Origin: Penicillus capitatus
Taxonomy: Eukaryota; Plantae; Chlorophyta
Assembly (NCBI GenBank): GCA_965649825.1
Contig: OZ287710.1
Location: 186,001-250,000, forward strand
Length of the DNA: 64,000 bases
Direction of reading: 5' to 3'
In this document: one piece after another, positions 51,181 through 63,584 of the stretch
Numbering within the stretch: position 1 is the first letter of the stretch
Layout of the letters: every line of letters starts with the position of its first letter
Notes under the pieces: model-generated
Database searches by the model: none
Told to the model about the DNA's origin: nothing
What the model saw: only the letters and a program-made list of their open reading frames with translations
Program-made: the position numbers and the translations under genes

Positions 51181-52741
51181 TTCCGTTTCGCGGTAAAATC
51201 AAGGTTAACCTCTGAGATTCTTCCTAACGATCATAACGCCGTTTGCATTCGTGATGGCATCTCCAGGTACTTTCGTGTGACGTATACCCCATACTTCATA
51301 ATCGCCTCCTAGTAAAGCTTGCTCCGGATGATGCTGTAATCCCACGGTGGCGGGAGTTCCTTTTCTGGAAATCGAGAATGAAGTGACAAACGTGTTTGTA
51401 CAAGAATGTCTTATCTTTTTTGACTCTCGGTTATTTCATTCGTTCTTTCTACTCACATTTGATCGCGGCCATGACAAAGTCCTCCGCCGTATCTAACGTT
51501 ACATGTTGAACGGAGCGACAATCATCACGTTTTGTAACACATCTAGCGATTTACAAAAGAATATCTGCAGATGCTTTTCTTTCATAACGACGTCTTGTCT
51601 TAAAAACTCATCCGTGGAAGATGTTGTTGACAAAATAAGTTTTAACGCTATGTGCAAAAAGGTAACTCCGTAATCGAGATAAATATCAAACCTTCCCGTT
51701 TATGATGTCACTGAGACGTTTGCAAGACATGTCAAAAGCAGATCTAACAACACGCGAGGAAGAAAGGTACAGGAAATCACATACCCTCTAAAGAAAGCAT
51801 ACGGAACGTATTCCAAGCCTGGAAATACTGTAGATAATATGCCTCCGTTGACAGTATTCACGAGGTTACGCTCCGTCCATCAAGGCACAGAGGTTCCCTT
51901 TCTGCTTGGACCTTATTATTGAAACCACGGAAAGTGAATCAGCTTACCGTTGGTCTCGGAAGCACATGTCGACGTGATGAAGCACGCGATATGTGCCAAA
52001 TTACGATCGAGAAGAGAAAAGTACAAGTCTCGAACGTGTGCTTGATTACAGTAGTGTATGTACGACAAGCCAATCGAACGGCAAGAACAATTTCAACGAG
52101 GGAAAGGCTCGAAGTGTAATAATGTCACAGAATACATGTTACTTTTTTCTTCGCTGGTGCTGCTGTTCGCGGATCTCCGTTTTTCGATAACAACACGTCA
52201 CAGGATCGAAAAAAGGCAACACGATTTCTCGATCCAGCGCGAAAACACCGACATCGGCAGACGTTCGTTTTCGAGTTGCTAAACGTGTCATTAATGAATT
52301 TTAAGACCATAATGACGACGACGGTGACGACACCGAAGACGACGAGGACGGAGGCTCACCACTACCACCAAAACTCAAAACTGCACAGAGGATAAAGACT
52401 ACGGTGCATAAATGATGAACAACTTTCGCTTTTTGTGTTCCATGACTTGACAGATAGACATATCAACCACCCATCAGGTTGATCACTCCGGGATGGCCTT
52501 CGTCTAAACTATATCAAATCAAAACTGGATGATGATGATGCGATTAAGAATCATAGGACTTTAATCAAAGCTGTACAAAATTTCAGGTGGATGCAAGGAT
52601 CCAACACAGCAGAAATAGGAAAACAGCCTTGGAATATCGTGCAAACAATCTCACATAAAACTCCCCAAAATCACAACGCAGACAAGAGCGAACAGCAGCA
52701 GAAGTTTCATCTGTGTATGCGCGTGTTGGATACATTCGAAT

Positions 52742-53835
52742 CTATTTCTCAGCTTCTTCGTTCTTTGCGGCGGCAGCAGCCATTTGCTTTCTGGACTGCA
52801 ACAGCTCAGACTTAACAAGGCCCAAGATGCTTAACTCATCTCTCAATCTCACATTCTCCTCCTTCAGACGCATGCATTCCTCTTCTGCCGAAGTGCAGCG
52901 TCTTGTTAACTTCTCTCTGGATTCCAACCATTGCGTCTTTTCTTCCTGCAAACGGCCAATCTCTTCTTCTAATGTATGCAAGTGCTCTTGCTTCCTTTTT
53001 CGCGAACGTCTTGCTGACTCGCGATTCGACAGCATTCTGTGAGTGCAGTCAGCGATCGGTAATGGGTAAGAGATCGATCGCAAATTACCTTCTTGCTCGG
53101 CGTTGCTCAGATTTTTCGAGGAGTTCCATTTCGACTGTTTGAGGAATGAGTCCCGCACTTGTAAATTGAGAAAATTGTAGGGCAGCAGCCGCAGCTGCTG
53201 GATTCATCGTCAAAATCGCTGAATGAGGCGCGGGTGGTATGACACCTCCTTGAGGAAGCGCCGAGGCTAAGGACATTGGTATTTGGACGGTACTGCTGTT
53301 GACACTGTTGATGGAATTGGCATTGTTCAAAGAAGATGCATTCCCAAAACCTTCACTCACACCTAAAAGGCCCAAAACTCAGAACGATCTCACATGACCT
53401 CAAAGCTTGACCTTGCGCTTCAGGCCTTCTGGCCGAAAGCGACGGTGCATAGAGGGGATTAGTGGGCCCGAGAAACATCTTCAAGACCTCGAGCGACGGC
53501 ACGCGTGTGATTCCGCGGCTGAGCGCGTCAGGCGGCAGATGACAAGGCAGTTGACCAGCGGGCAGTGTTCCAGTGTCCGTCGTCGGTATAGACTGCATTG
53601 TTGGTCTCTCTTCTAACGTATGGAAAGGCGGTGGTGTCGTTTTTTCTTCGCTCGCGACCGTCGTCGACGTCGTCTCTCCTAATTGTGCGAGGTAACTGCT
53701 CACGCTTGGAAAACTGGACAGCTCCTTAAATATCTCGTGAAGTCCGAGTTCAGAGCCGTTTCGTCGAATATCCTGTTGTGCAGTCCCACTGTCAATGCAC
53801 CATTTTACATCTTCTGCACTGGTAACACGTTCCAT
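52742..53835 (-). CDS. bZIP transcription factor, 3 exons
   Basis: RRARR|MLSNRESARRSRKRKQEHLHTLEEEIGRL basic region plus leucine zipper; RVPSLE motif upstream. Confidence 0.93.
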
Positions 53836-54048
53836 TGTACTTCAGATAAAGGGAAAAATGCTTAACAAACAGTTTCACCGTCACGCTTGCGTAGCACTGT
53901 GGAAACCACGTCGACGCGGAATCGCATCATCTTCATTAAAACAACAGACGTCTTTTCAAAAATTTTCCACATCAGCATCGTCAGCGTCGTCAATACTGCC
54001 TGCCATCCATCAAAGGTCGTCGTTGTTGTCGTATGCAGATGACGCTTC

Positions 54049-56320
54049 CTATTCTGCTGGCTTGGCGTCGGGTGTCGGAGTCGGCGATGTGGGAGGGGCT
54101 ACAGGAGGGGGTAAAGCTTCGCTACTGGGGATCTCCGCTCTGTTAGGCTCGCTGATGGATTTCAGCAAAGACTGTGTGCTTTCGACTCCCACAACGCTGG
54201 TAAAGAAAGCACGCCAGTCACGTTGCTCCTGTCCTGAAATATGTGCTCGATAAGCACGAATCGCGTCTCCTACACGTTCAGATCCTTCGCGCCAGACATC
54301 GAGCAAAAGATAGTATGCTTCGTCCACAAACTGCTCCATGATTTCCTCACGCATCTCGTGCACAGCAAACTCTTCAAGAGTCCTCTTCGATTCTTCGTCC
54401 AGCAGCGGAACCGTCGGGCCACTGCGCGTCAGGGGACGAGGCTGAAAGTCAATAGATGTCACATCTGGAAAGTTCTGCATAAACGCGTAAGAGATAGGAT
54501 GGTAGACGTGGGGGAGAAGTCTCACCATGGCCTGTTGCATCTTGGACTGTCCCATTGCTTCAGCTTCCATTTCTGCGACCTCTCTATCATATCGCTCCTT
54601 GTCCTCTTTCGCTGCAACTTGGTAACCCTCTTTCTGTTCGTCCGACATTTCTCTCCACGTCTCGGAGATCTTTTTTGTCTTTTCCGTCGACGTCATTTCG
54701 GGTCCAAGCTTCGGTCTCAGTTCTTTAGAAAAAAGCATAAATGCTGTAAGGGGTTTCCTAGGCCAGTTTTTTTCCATTCTGGCACGTTTTGGTATTCGCT
54801 CCTCTACTGCAGCTTCGGGCGGTGTGTAGTCCTTCATGTCTTCGAGATACCTCAATCGATCGGCTTTGGACATCTCTTCGTATTCCTCTTTCGCTTCAGC
54901 ACTGAGCTTCGCCCAGTTTTCACCCACGAGTTTCATAATATGCTGCGGACGCATGTTTGGATTCTCGTCTTTTACTGATTTCCTATCTTTACCCATAAAG
55001 AAGACATAAGCTGTTCGTGGTTTCTTCGGAGCATTGGGGTCTTTGCGCTTAGTGCGACTACGTGTCTCTTTGCCTGCTAACACGTCGGTAACTTTCAACA
55101 GGAATGACTAGGGTGCCACGAACGTGTTTCTCTGCATGGGAGTGGGGGATGCGATACATGTGAAGACTGTTGAAAGATATCAGCTAGGGATGACACAGTT
55201 TGTCCAGCTGCGCCATTCATAATACTGTTAATATCTTTGTACTTGCGTCCATCGCTCTGTGACAGAAAAGACGGATGTGACAGGACCATGCCGAAGAGAG
55301 CGTTGAACCGTGATCTGCATGGAAGACGTGGCTGATACAAGTGAAGCGATGGCGCTGTGCAGGGTCACTTCGTCGATCAGTTCAAGTTCTTTTGGAGACG
55401 AAATCTGACAGGAGACGTCGCGGCACGTCACATCAGAAGAGACGTCAGTCACCTACCTCTCCGTCTTCCCAATCCTGTCCTGGTTTGACAACTTTCCACG
55501 TTCTGGACGTCTCATCAAACACTCGAGCGCGCCGCACACGACTCACCTGAACACACATACCATTGTGTTTCTCTAGACGTCTCTAAATGCTGGCGCCGCT
55601 TGCCGATACGGTTTCGGGTTCTGAATCGTGGAACGGAAAATTGATCTGCAGTCAAAAGTCAAGGTTGAGTGGAAGCGAACGAGAAGCTGCGGTACGGTGT
55701 ATTGGTCAGTCTCGACGTTGGAAATCTGAGCAAGCCATGCGGCGGGGTCCGATTCGCTGCCGTTAAACACTTCACAGAATTCTTTCTCCTGAACACACAG
55801 TCACGTTTGTGCCTCAAAGCATCACGATGTTCTTCGATGTCACCGCCAGAGGCGTGGTCTCTTCTCCGAAAGCAACGGGCGGATTGGCAGGCGAAACGTC
55901 TTCGCTCTCGACATCTTCGCGTTCCAGATTGTCATACTCGACGCGATATCCGCCATCGAAGCTATCGACGACCTTGGCTGGCCAATAGGCTCCGCTGAAA
56001 TCTGTGCGTTTCTTGTTCCGCGTCGGTGGCCACCACACGCGTACCTGAACGATATCTCGCTCTGTGTGATGCCCGACCATCACAAAACGTCTTGCTTTCT
56101 TTCCCACAGTGTAGAGTTTGGGTTTCGGTTTGTTCGGTTTCTTCTTCGCTGGCTTTTTCCGTGAAGGCGTCGGTGGTTTGGCCTTCGATTTTCCTTGTAC
56201 TCTGCTGCCCAAAAGAGCAGACACTGGATTTTGTTCTTTTCGCTTGGCAGACTGTGCTCTGGTTAAAGTGCGAGCCGACCTTGTCACCATTGGACGTGCT
56301 GTCGGCTTCGTCCGCGCCAT
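54049..56320 (-). CDS. Chromatin protein: H3-tail-like N-terminus, two Tudor/Agenet-like domains and two HMG boxes, single spliced gene
   Basis: MARTKPTAR; VWWPP..YWPAKVV...YRVEYDN; EFCEVFNG...AWLAQI...FPFHD...RRARVF; PNAPKKPRTAYVFF and WPRKPLTAFMLF HMG boxes. Exons join in phase, e.g. QSSH|SFLLKVTD; intron 54475-54525. Confidence 0.85.
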
Positions 56321-57401
56321 CGTGGCGCACTGTCATGTACGCACAACAAACAACGATCTCGACATATACGACGCATCGTGCGTACGTACCTCTTTCAATG
56401 GCAACGCCCTGAAAAGTAAACACGACGCAGAGGCGAATAGAAACAACAGACGCGTAGAGGTTGACTGTGACGTCACCAACATCGCTGATTCACATGATGA
56501 TGATGATCATATGGCACAACGACCACGAAACAAAACATGTCGCCATGCGCACGAGCAGCCCAGTCCATCGATTCTCGAGAGAGGCACACGCATTGAACCA
56601 CCTACTTGCGCAGACAAGAGCAGCAATGAGATACAGAGATAAAGATAGAGATCGAGTGAGAAGGCAGGGAACGTCATCACGCCGCCGTTTGCGCTCATTG
56701 TCTTCAGAAGCGCCTTTCTGACGTTCTCTGCCTTCCATACGGAAGGAGAGGCAACGACGGTGTTTCTCTCGCCGTCTGTGCTCTTGTTGAACCACGCACT
56801 GCCGCATGGCATTTCTCTGAACGACGGTCCCAGAAACGACAGTGCTCTTGAGTCTAGAACCGCCTCTCCAGAAACGGACGTCGAACAGCAAAAGATGGGG
56901 CAGCAGTGGAGTATAACGATGCGCGTGATGGCGTCGTATCGCATCTTCGAGTCTCGAGTACTGAATCAAATTACCTGATACTGCATTTCAATCACCGCAA
57001 TGCGCCGTTTTCGTCGTCTCCATGACACTGCTGGCGCATGGATGGCATGCGTTCTGTTCTTAAGTGAAAGACAGCCGAAAAAGAGAAAGCAATAGTGAGA
57101 AAAGGGGTCGAAACCGAAAAAATCCTCGAGCGATTCTTCGCAGACGGTTAGAATCCAATCCGCTCACCGCTCGTTGTTTTAAGACGTACGGATCTTTTCC
57201 AGCATTTCTCACAGCAATACTCAACCGTGACGCGTCTATTCCGAGAAGAAATTAGAAGTTAAGCAAGGTCGACGACAACGACAACGGCGCGAATGCGTCG
57301 GTTTTCGGTTGTAGTACTTAAGATGCGTCGCAAACAAACAATAACGTGAGTCTCGGCACAACAGATTTGAGAAGAAGGGTTCTTTCTCCACGCACTGCTC
57401 A

Positions 57402-60400
57402 TCACCATCGATCCCCATCGTTGCGAGGCGGATCGCGTCTCCTCTGCGGGGGAACGTAAGAGCTCGATGATCCTCCCGAGCGCTGTGGTTCATTGCTCCT
57501 CGGTCCGGGTGCGTATCCTCGCGGACGATCTCGCTGGCTATCTTCGCGACTGCTGCGCCAACTCTGCGGCTCGCGTCGGTAAAACGAGTCTGTGTGCGAG
57601 GAAGGCGGCGGTCTGGAATCTTGAAAACCTTCTCGCGCTTGTGGAGGGACATAGCCTGCGGACGTTCTCGGCGGACCGGCAATGGGAGAACGAGGTGGCT
57701 GTGTTGGTTCGTTCCATTGATCTCGGTAGTCTTTGCTCTGGACTGGAGGTCCGCGACGGGGAGACGACCGCGGTGGCGTGCGATTACGCGGTGGCGTGCG
57801 ATTTCGAGCCGGCGTGCGCGTCACGCGCTGCCATTTCTGCGGCGACTCTCTTCCAGAGCTCGCTGCCTGTGCTCGGACAGATGGCGGCGCATAGGCTTCT
57901 CTCGGTGCAGCCGCCGGCGGCGTCGATCGCGTCCATGTATCCTTTCGTCCCCACGAATCATCCTTGCCCTTACTCAGCAGCTCTTGCTTTTGTTGTTGCT
58001 ACAGAAACGTATGTCAACCATGCCTGCAGCACATTTCTTTACCCTCTTTGTTTCTGCCTCTTCTTCTTTCTTCTTTTGTATCTCAATTTGTCGTTGGAAC
58101 TCAAGTTCTCTGCGTTCTCGCTCCCGTTGCAGTCTTTCTTGCTCTCGTTCTCGCTCAAGCTGCACAGGAGTGGTTCTTTCGGCGGCGGGCTAGCGACGGC
58201 GCTTACCTCAAGGCGTTCTTCTTCTTCTTTTTTGACGGTCTCTATGAGCTCATCTTTGGATTCCTTGGCGAACTGATCTGTCAACTGTACCAATCGCTCC
58301 AAACGCCGTCGGTGTTTTCGATCGGCAATCTCCTTTTCACGGATACGCCTTCGAGCTTCAAATTCTTCGTGGCGTCGCGAACGGATGCTGTCGGCAAAGT
58401 CTTCCTTGTCGTCCAGCATCTTCAACAATCTCTGCTTCTCACCCCTATCGATCTCCCAAGCTTTCCGATGATTCTCTGCATTTCGTAAACTCTCCTACAA
58501 GGCATCCAACCCACTTGAGCACATATCTGCACAGAACTGGCAATAGGGAGCTCAGAAATAGGTATTGCATCAGATCTTTCGCGGCACTTCCAGGGGGTTC
58601 CCCTGTCAGAGACAGGACCTGGGCACCGCGAAGATAGTCCATCTCATTTCTTTCATCCTTGCCCCAAAACGGAGTGCGTATCTTTCTCCTCACTTGTTGG
58701 TGCAGCACGCGTTCCTCTTCAATTCTCTCTTGTTCTGCTTGGAGTAGAAGTGGAGTTTCCTCTTCTCTAAAGGCACGTTCCAAATGATCCAATCTCTTCG
58801 ACATTTTGTTGATCTGACGATCCAATTCCTGTTGCTCCTTTAATTGCTCCGTCAAAACCTCCTGCACGAGACAAGAACACATTCGGAAGAAGTCTAAGTG
58901 TGGCTTCAGGTATCAAAATGATCATCGCAGCTGGATATCAGCTTCAGAGATATGCTTATCAGGAGCATCACGAGCCTTATGTGACGGAGAACGATACCCA
59001 CCTGCATGATCTTCTGTTTGTCCAGTTTCTGCCCGGGTTTGAGTTTTTTGTTGCCCCGCTCTAACATTGCCTTTGCTTCTTCGATTTCTCTCTCCTCCTG
59101 TTCTCTCTGAATTCTTTCCTGTTCTCTCTTCTCCGCCTCTTGTTGGCGACGCAGGGCCTCGGCAGCCTGAGCCTGTTGTGTCTGTTCTCGCCGTTTGCGC
59201 TCTTCTGCGCGTTCCTTCTCCAAAAGAAATTGCTCCTGCTCTTCTTTGCGTTGTTCTATCAACTGTTTTCGAGCCAATGCAACTTCATGCTCTTCATGCA
59301 TCTTCTCGCGAGCTTCACTGAGCACGCTTACGATCTTCGTATTGCGTGAAGGCTCATGAATCATCATTTGAACAGTCCCGAAGCGCTCTGCAAGCTGTGA
59401 CAGGCGCTGAGTAAAATTCTCGGCATCCAAGTTATCTTCTCCAAAGTGCAGTGAGCCATCTTTGTGATTGATGCGTATCTGTGCAGCACACGATTTGGGT
59501 CTAACGACTTTGGATTGGCTGTCAAAATCAACGGACTTTGATGTGTCGATTCTTAACCGCGTTCACGATGATGGACTCAATTTCCCCAAAGGTCATACAC
59601 GGAACCAGCTGCACGAGGTGACTAGTTTTCATGTTGGAATAGACTTGGGCCAACTGCTGCAGCATTCTTAGCACGGCTACGAACTTAAGGGCTGGTGTAT
59701 GTCGCGATAGATCGACAGAAATATCGGGAAATGCTGACGATGTCGAACGAGAGATCTCTGAGAGTTGCTCCGTCAGTCGATCAACCGCTCTGCACATTCC
59801 CAGTGGATTGAATTCATGTTCAAGCAGGTGATAGAGCGCCTGAACTTGTTCAGGAACTTTGGAGAGGAACGCTTCGCTGGAAAGTTCCTTCAACAGCGCT
59901 TCACGGGAATAGACCTCCGCCGTTTCCGACTTCGACTCCAGACCAAAACGCAGAATATTCGACATGCGTCTCTGCCGTTCCGCCAGGGCTTCAGAACGCA
60001 CCTCTCTATGCAGGGCGTTCTCTCGGCTGTAGGGACAGATGCCGAGTGCTGCGAGCAGGACAGATGTGGACAGCATTTGCACATCGACTTCCGTCAGCTT
60101 CTTGTTGTAGGTGATGGCCAGATTATAGAGCTTGTACCATGAATAGGCACAGTAAAGACTGCTCTCGTCTGAGAAAGCAAAAATCTGGGTAAGTCGGGAA
60201 TAGTAGGTGGCCATCATGGAAGGCTGCACGATCGAAGGATTCATGACGACCAGGTTGATGATATCTTCGACGGAACGGAACGCTTCTTGCCACAGCTCCA
60301 ACTCACATGCCGCCTGTCACATCAAACCAAGATCAGACAACGAGTCAAACACCATCAGCACATCAGGTCAGTTGCGAAATATGTCATCATATCCAGCAGC

Positions 60401-61371
60401 AATGTATGACAGAATGGAGACACAGTGGCCAAAAGGGACAGCTCCTGTGCACTATGGATGTCACATCAATGATCTCGGCCCGTGTATTTGGAAGACCAAA
60501 GAGAACCTTTGGAAAGCTGCCTCATGAGAGACAGTCCATGCAATATTAACACAAGCCATCCAACCATCCTACCTTGAGTTGTTCAAATCGCGTTTCCACA
60601 TAGAGCTGCAGCGTTTCGACATTTGTGAGATCCGGTCGATCTTTTTGATCCTTTCCATAGAAAGCACGTCTCTGGATGTTCGTCAAATGGCTTCTCAGCA
60701 ATTCACACAATCTTCGAAATTCTGACGTCCTCTTGTAGGACACACAGAAATTAAACGCTTTCTTAATGCTGGATGCGTAGAGCGTCTGGAGTCTGGAATT
60801 GTGACGCAAGATATCCAAGAGATTGCGATAAGCCTCCCACAAAAACCGAAACCACGGAGTCACCATCGTTCGATCCGTTCGATCCTTCGATTTATCGCCG
60901 CTCACATAGCTCAACATGATATCCTCCGGTGTCGCATTAACATCCAAATCATCCATATCGAGTGCCGCCGCCTGTGTTATCAGGATTTCAACAGCTGCTT
61001 AGCAGGATGGACGATCCTACATCGGAAGCAGCGCGCGCCTCGTCTGCCTTTTCTTGGGCGCGCCGCATAAAGTGTGTGATGACCTCTTCCAACGATGAGA
61101 TGCTCACAGACTGACACATGTTACGGTATTGCTGAAGCGCTTCTTTGGCTTGCCGTCCTTTGCGCATTTCGCAGCAGAGGTCGAGGTGCCGCACGATGAT
61201 CGTTTCGTAAACGGTCGACCATGTTCGAAAACGTCGTCCCGTTCCCACAAAGGCCTGGTGCAATGTCTGCAATGCCGCCTGTTTTTGACCGACGTGCAGC
61301 AATTCTTCTGCGCGTTTGAGTGCGTTCTCAGGACGCGGGTAATTTTGTCCCCGACCCCACGGGCGCGACAT
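57402..61371 (-). CDS. EIF3A: Translation initiation factor eIF3 subunit A, multi-exon
   Basis: RPENALKRAEEL, TPWFRFLWEAYRNLLDILRHN, EFRRLCELLRSHL, ELWQEAFRSVEDI; PCI domain; charged and RD/RP-rich C-terminus. Confidence 0.97.
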
Positions 61372-61532
61372 GACGCCCAATGTCTCAATGCGACAAAATG
61401 ATGAACGTGAAGAATGGGTGGCATGATAGGACGGACACCACATCGACGAGATCTCCGTTTCATTGTGCGTTTTCTTCGTCCTCTGCCACGACAGTCGCTG
61501 CCCACTGTCCTCTTCGTTCTTAGTTTGTTGCC

Positions 61533-62373
61533 ATGGCGTCGTTTACGATGAAGTACTTCGTTTTTAAGACATGCGAAAATGGCGAAGAGGTTGACATGGG
61601 GTATGTTCGTGCAGATCTTCAGTGTGTGGAACGCCGCTGTCTCAGAGGACGACAACTAAGGCGGCAGTCTCGCGGTACATTACTCTTGTCACTTTGACGT
61701 CACGCGACCGACCCTCTGTGCAGAATGCCGACGGTGGTGCGGGCTTCATCTGAAGAGACTTCGCGTCGTGCGGTACGTTCTCGCTATTTACCACAAGGGA
61801 GATTGTCTCGAGCGTGTGCGTTTAGTTTCTCAGTGCCGTTGTCGGCGGTGCGGCTTTGCTCGCGAGTCGTGGTGCAGAAGCCATCGACATCAGTGATGAT
61901 CGAAAAGTGATCGACACCGGATACTATATCATCGATGAAGCTCGCGATTACTCTTTGCCCCAATCGACGCGCGATGGCCTTGATCAACTCCGCGGAGATC
62001 TGCCCGCAACGAAGAAGCGTCTGGCGGATGCCATCGCCAGTATCAAACAGGTTGTGCCAGTCAGTATCGAGAAGAATTACTGGGTGAAAGCACGGGAAGG
62101 GCTCCGTCTTCAGGCAGGCACCATGCGATTTGATCTGAACACCATCGCCTCGTCTCTGGGAGACAGAGCCTCGCAAAAGGCAGCACGCAAAAAAGCAGAC
62201 AACTTTTTCGTTATTGTATATAATCTTCAGTCTCACTCTTTTATAGAAGTGTGAGATTCGTGTGGGTATAGGTGGAGGAGCTGGACAATGCATTGCGCAA
62301 AAAGGATCAAGAAGCAGCTGTCGAGGCCTATCAGAAGACCGTGGCTGCGTTGGATACACTCAACCTTGGATGA
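61533..62373 (+). CDS. PSBQ: Oxygen-evolving enhancer protein 3 (PsbQ), 4 exons
   Basis: MASFTMK|SSVCG...TSRRA|FLSAVVGGAALLASRGAEA bipartite presequence; EARDYSLPQ, YWVKAREGLRLQAGTMRFDLNTIA, VEELDNALRKKD. Confidence 0.95.
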
Positions 62374-62430
62374 GGTTTTGACTCGTACCAGAGAGAGGAG
62401 AATTTTGAAACGCCCTTATCTCTCAACCCA

Positions 62431-62758
62431 TTACAATACGTTCCTTTGAGGTTTCTCCCATTGACGATTGTTTTGAGCCGTACTTTGTGTAAAGCGCGTC
62501 TGGGTTCGTGCAACACACTACGTACCTGATGACGGCCTGACGCAGCTCCAAGACAAGAAATGGCTCAAACTGTGCGAACTGCACATGCATCCAGAGAGAA
62601 CTTTATCGTCCGTCGGTCAGTCGGTGTCGACATGCAATTTGCAAGTCGTTCAAACGATGTGCCATTGGTTTCGGCAGATGAGCCTCTGCAGCAAGTTCAC
62701 ACAAAGTCTCGCGATCGACAGAAGCCATCATCATCGCCACAGACATACGGATTACCAT
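62431..62758 (-). CDS. Candidate small (about 75 aa) 3-exon protein, unknown function
   Basis: ATG 62758; probable GC-AG intron, then GTACGT..AG intron 62483-62525; ORF ends TAA within TGTAA. Confidence 0.35.
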
Positions 62759-62954
62759 CCTCCTAGAGTCGATCTCCGTGCGATTGACTGTCCATTACTC
62801 AAAAAAAAAAAAAAAAGAAAACACAAACTCTGAAGCATAGCACTTCGTTTTCTTGGAGGCCTTACATCTTTTACAGTTGTTGGTTGGCGTGGGAGAATAG
62901 CAATGATGAGCGAACGGAGTGGTGGTTGCATGCAGTGCGTCGTATTGATGGACG

Positions 62955-63584
62955 ATGATTGTGAAGCACCTCGATCACTTGACTCAGCGACGCATCGTTC
63001 TGGCCTCTCAGTCGCCTCGACGCGAACAGCTTTTATCTCTGATCGGCTTAAAGGCGCGAAAATACCCGTCGCGTTTTGAAGAGACGTTGCAGCCAAGGGA
63101 CTTTCCATCGCCTGCGCACTATGCCATCGAGACTGCAAAGCACAAGGCGATCGACGTCGCGGCCTCGCTTCCTGATCTGTATGATCTGATCATTGCCGCA
63201 GACACGGTCGTCGAAATCGAGGGCGACGTGCTGGAGAAGCCCCAAGACAATGCGGATGCTCTGCGGATGCTCATGCGTCTATCGGGCCGTCAGCATCGCG
63301 TCTACACCGGTGTCGTGCTCATGTTGCCTTCTTCGATCGAGCAGCCCGATCTCGAAACATTTTCTGCCGAAACGCAAGTCTGGTTTGACGATTTCGATCG
63401 CGAAGAGGCATTGGCATACATCCAAACAGGAGAGCCAATGGACAAGGCAGCGAGTTACGGGATTCAAGGCTACGGCAGTTTGCTGGTGAAAAAAATCGAT
63501 GGATGTTACTTCAATGTCATGGGTCTACCCCTACACTCCTTGGCACAACATCTCAAGAAACTCATCGAAGCGCAGCGGCTTTAA
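62955..63584 (+). CDS. Maf-family nucleoside triphosphate pyrophosphatase (YhdE-type dTTP/UTP signature), intronless
   Basis: IVLASQSPRR, IIAADTVV, LEKP, LSGRQHRVYTGV, YGIQG, GCYFNVMGLP; R/T/Q specificity residues of the YhdE type. Confidence 0.95.
   Translation: MIVKHLDHLTQRRIVLASQSPRREQLLSLIGLKARKYPSRFEETLQPRDFPSPAHYAIETAKHKAIDVAASLPDLYDLIIAADTVVEIEGDVLEKPQDNADALRMLMRLSGRQHRVYTGVVLMLPSSIEQPDLETFSAETQVWFDDFDREEALAYIQTGEPMDKAASYGIQGYGSLLVKKIDGCYFNVMGLPLHSLAQHLKKLIEAQRL

Noticed and set aside
928-55440. Many in-frame, stop-free (3n) introns read through by the ORF track (928-975, 6793-6843, 6923-6970, 22237-22287, 22467-22532, 26812-26862, 29384-29437, 54475-54525)
   Set aside because: For ~50-nt introns at 50% GC, about 15% are expected to be 3n and stop-free by chance. 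The observed share is similar, so this is an annotation trap rather than an enrichment.
56400-57250. Several 70-170-codon ORFs between the Tudor-HMG gene and eIF3a
   Set aside because: No motifs, overlapping on both strands, no consistent splice model; probably UTR or intergenic.
57467-58276. Long plus-strand ORFs antisense to eIF3a; likewise 54241-54978 opposite the HMG gene
   Set aside because: These are shadow frames of low-complexity or charged coding sequence with no recognisable motifs.
62801-62816. Poly(A) run as a retrocopy or SINE tail
   Set aside because: No TSD or upstream element body is visible; a simple homopolymer.
62955-63584. Intronless Maf as a horizontal transfer; DKAA instead of DKAG
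   Set aside because: Maf homologs are native to eukaryotes, composition matches the neighbours, and other long intron-free exons occur here. The substitution is minor.
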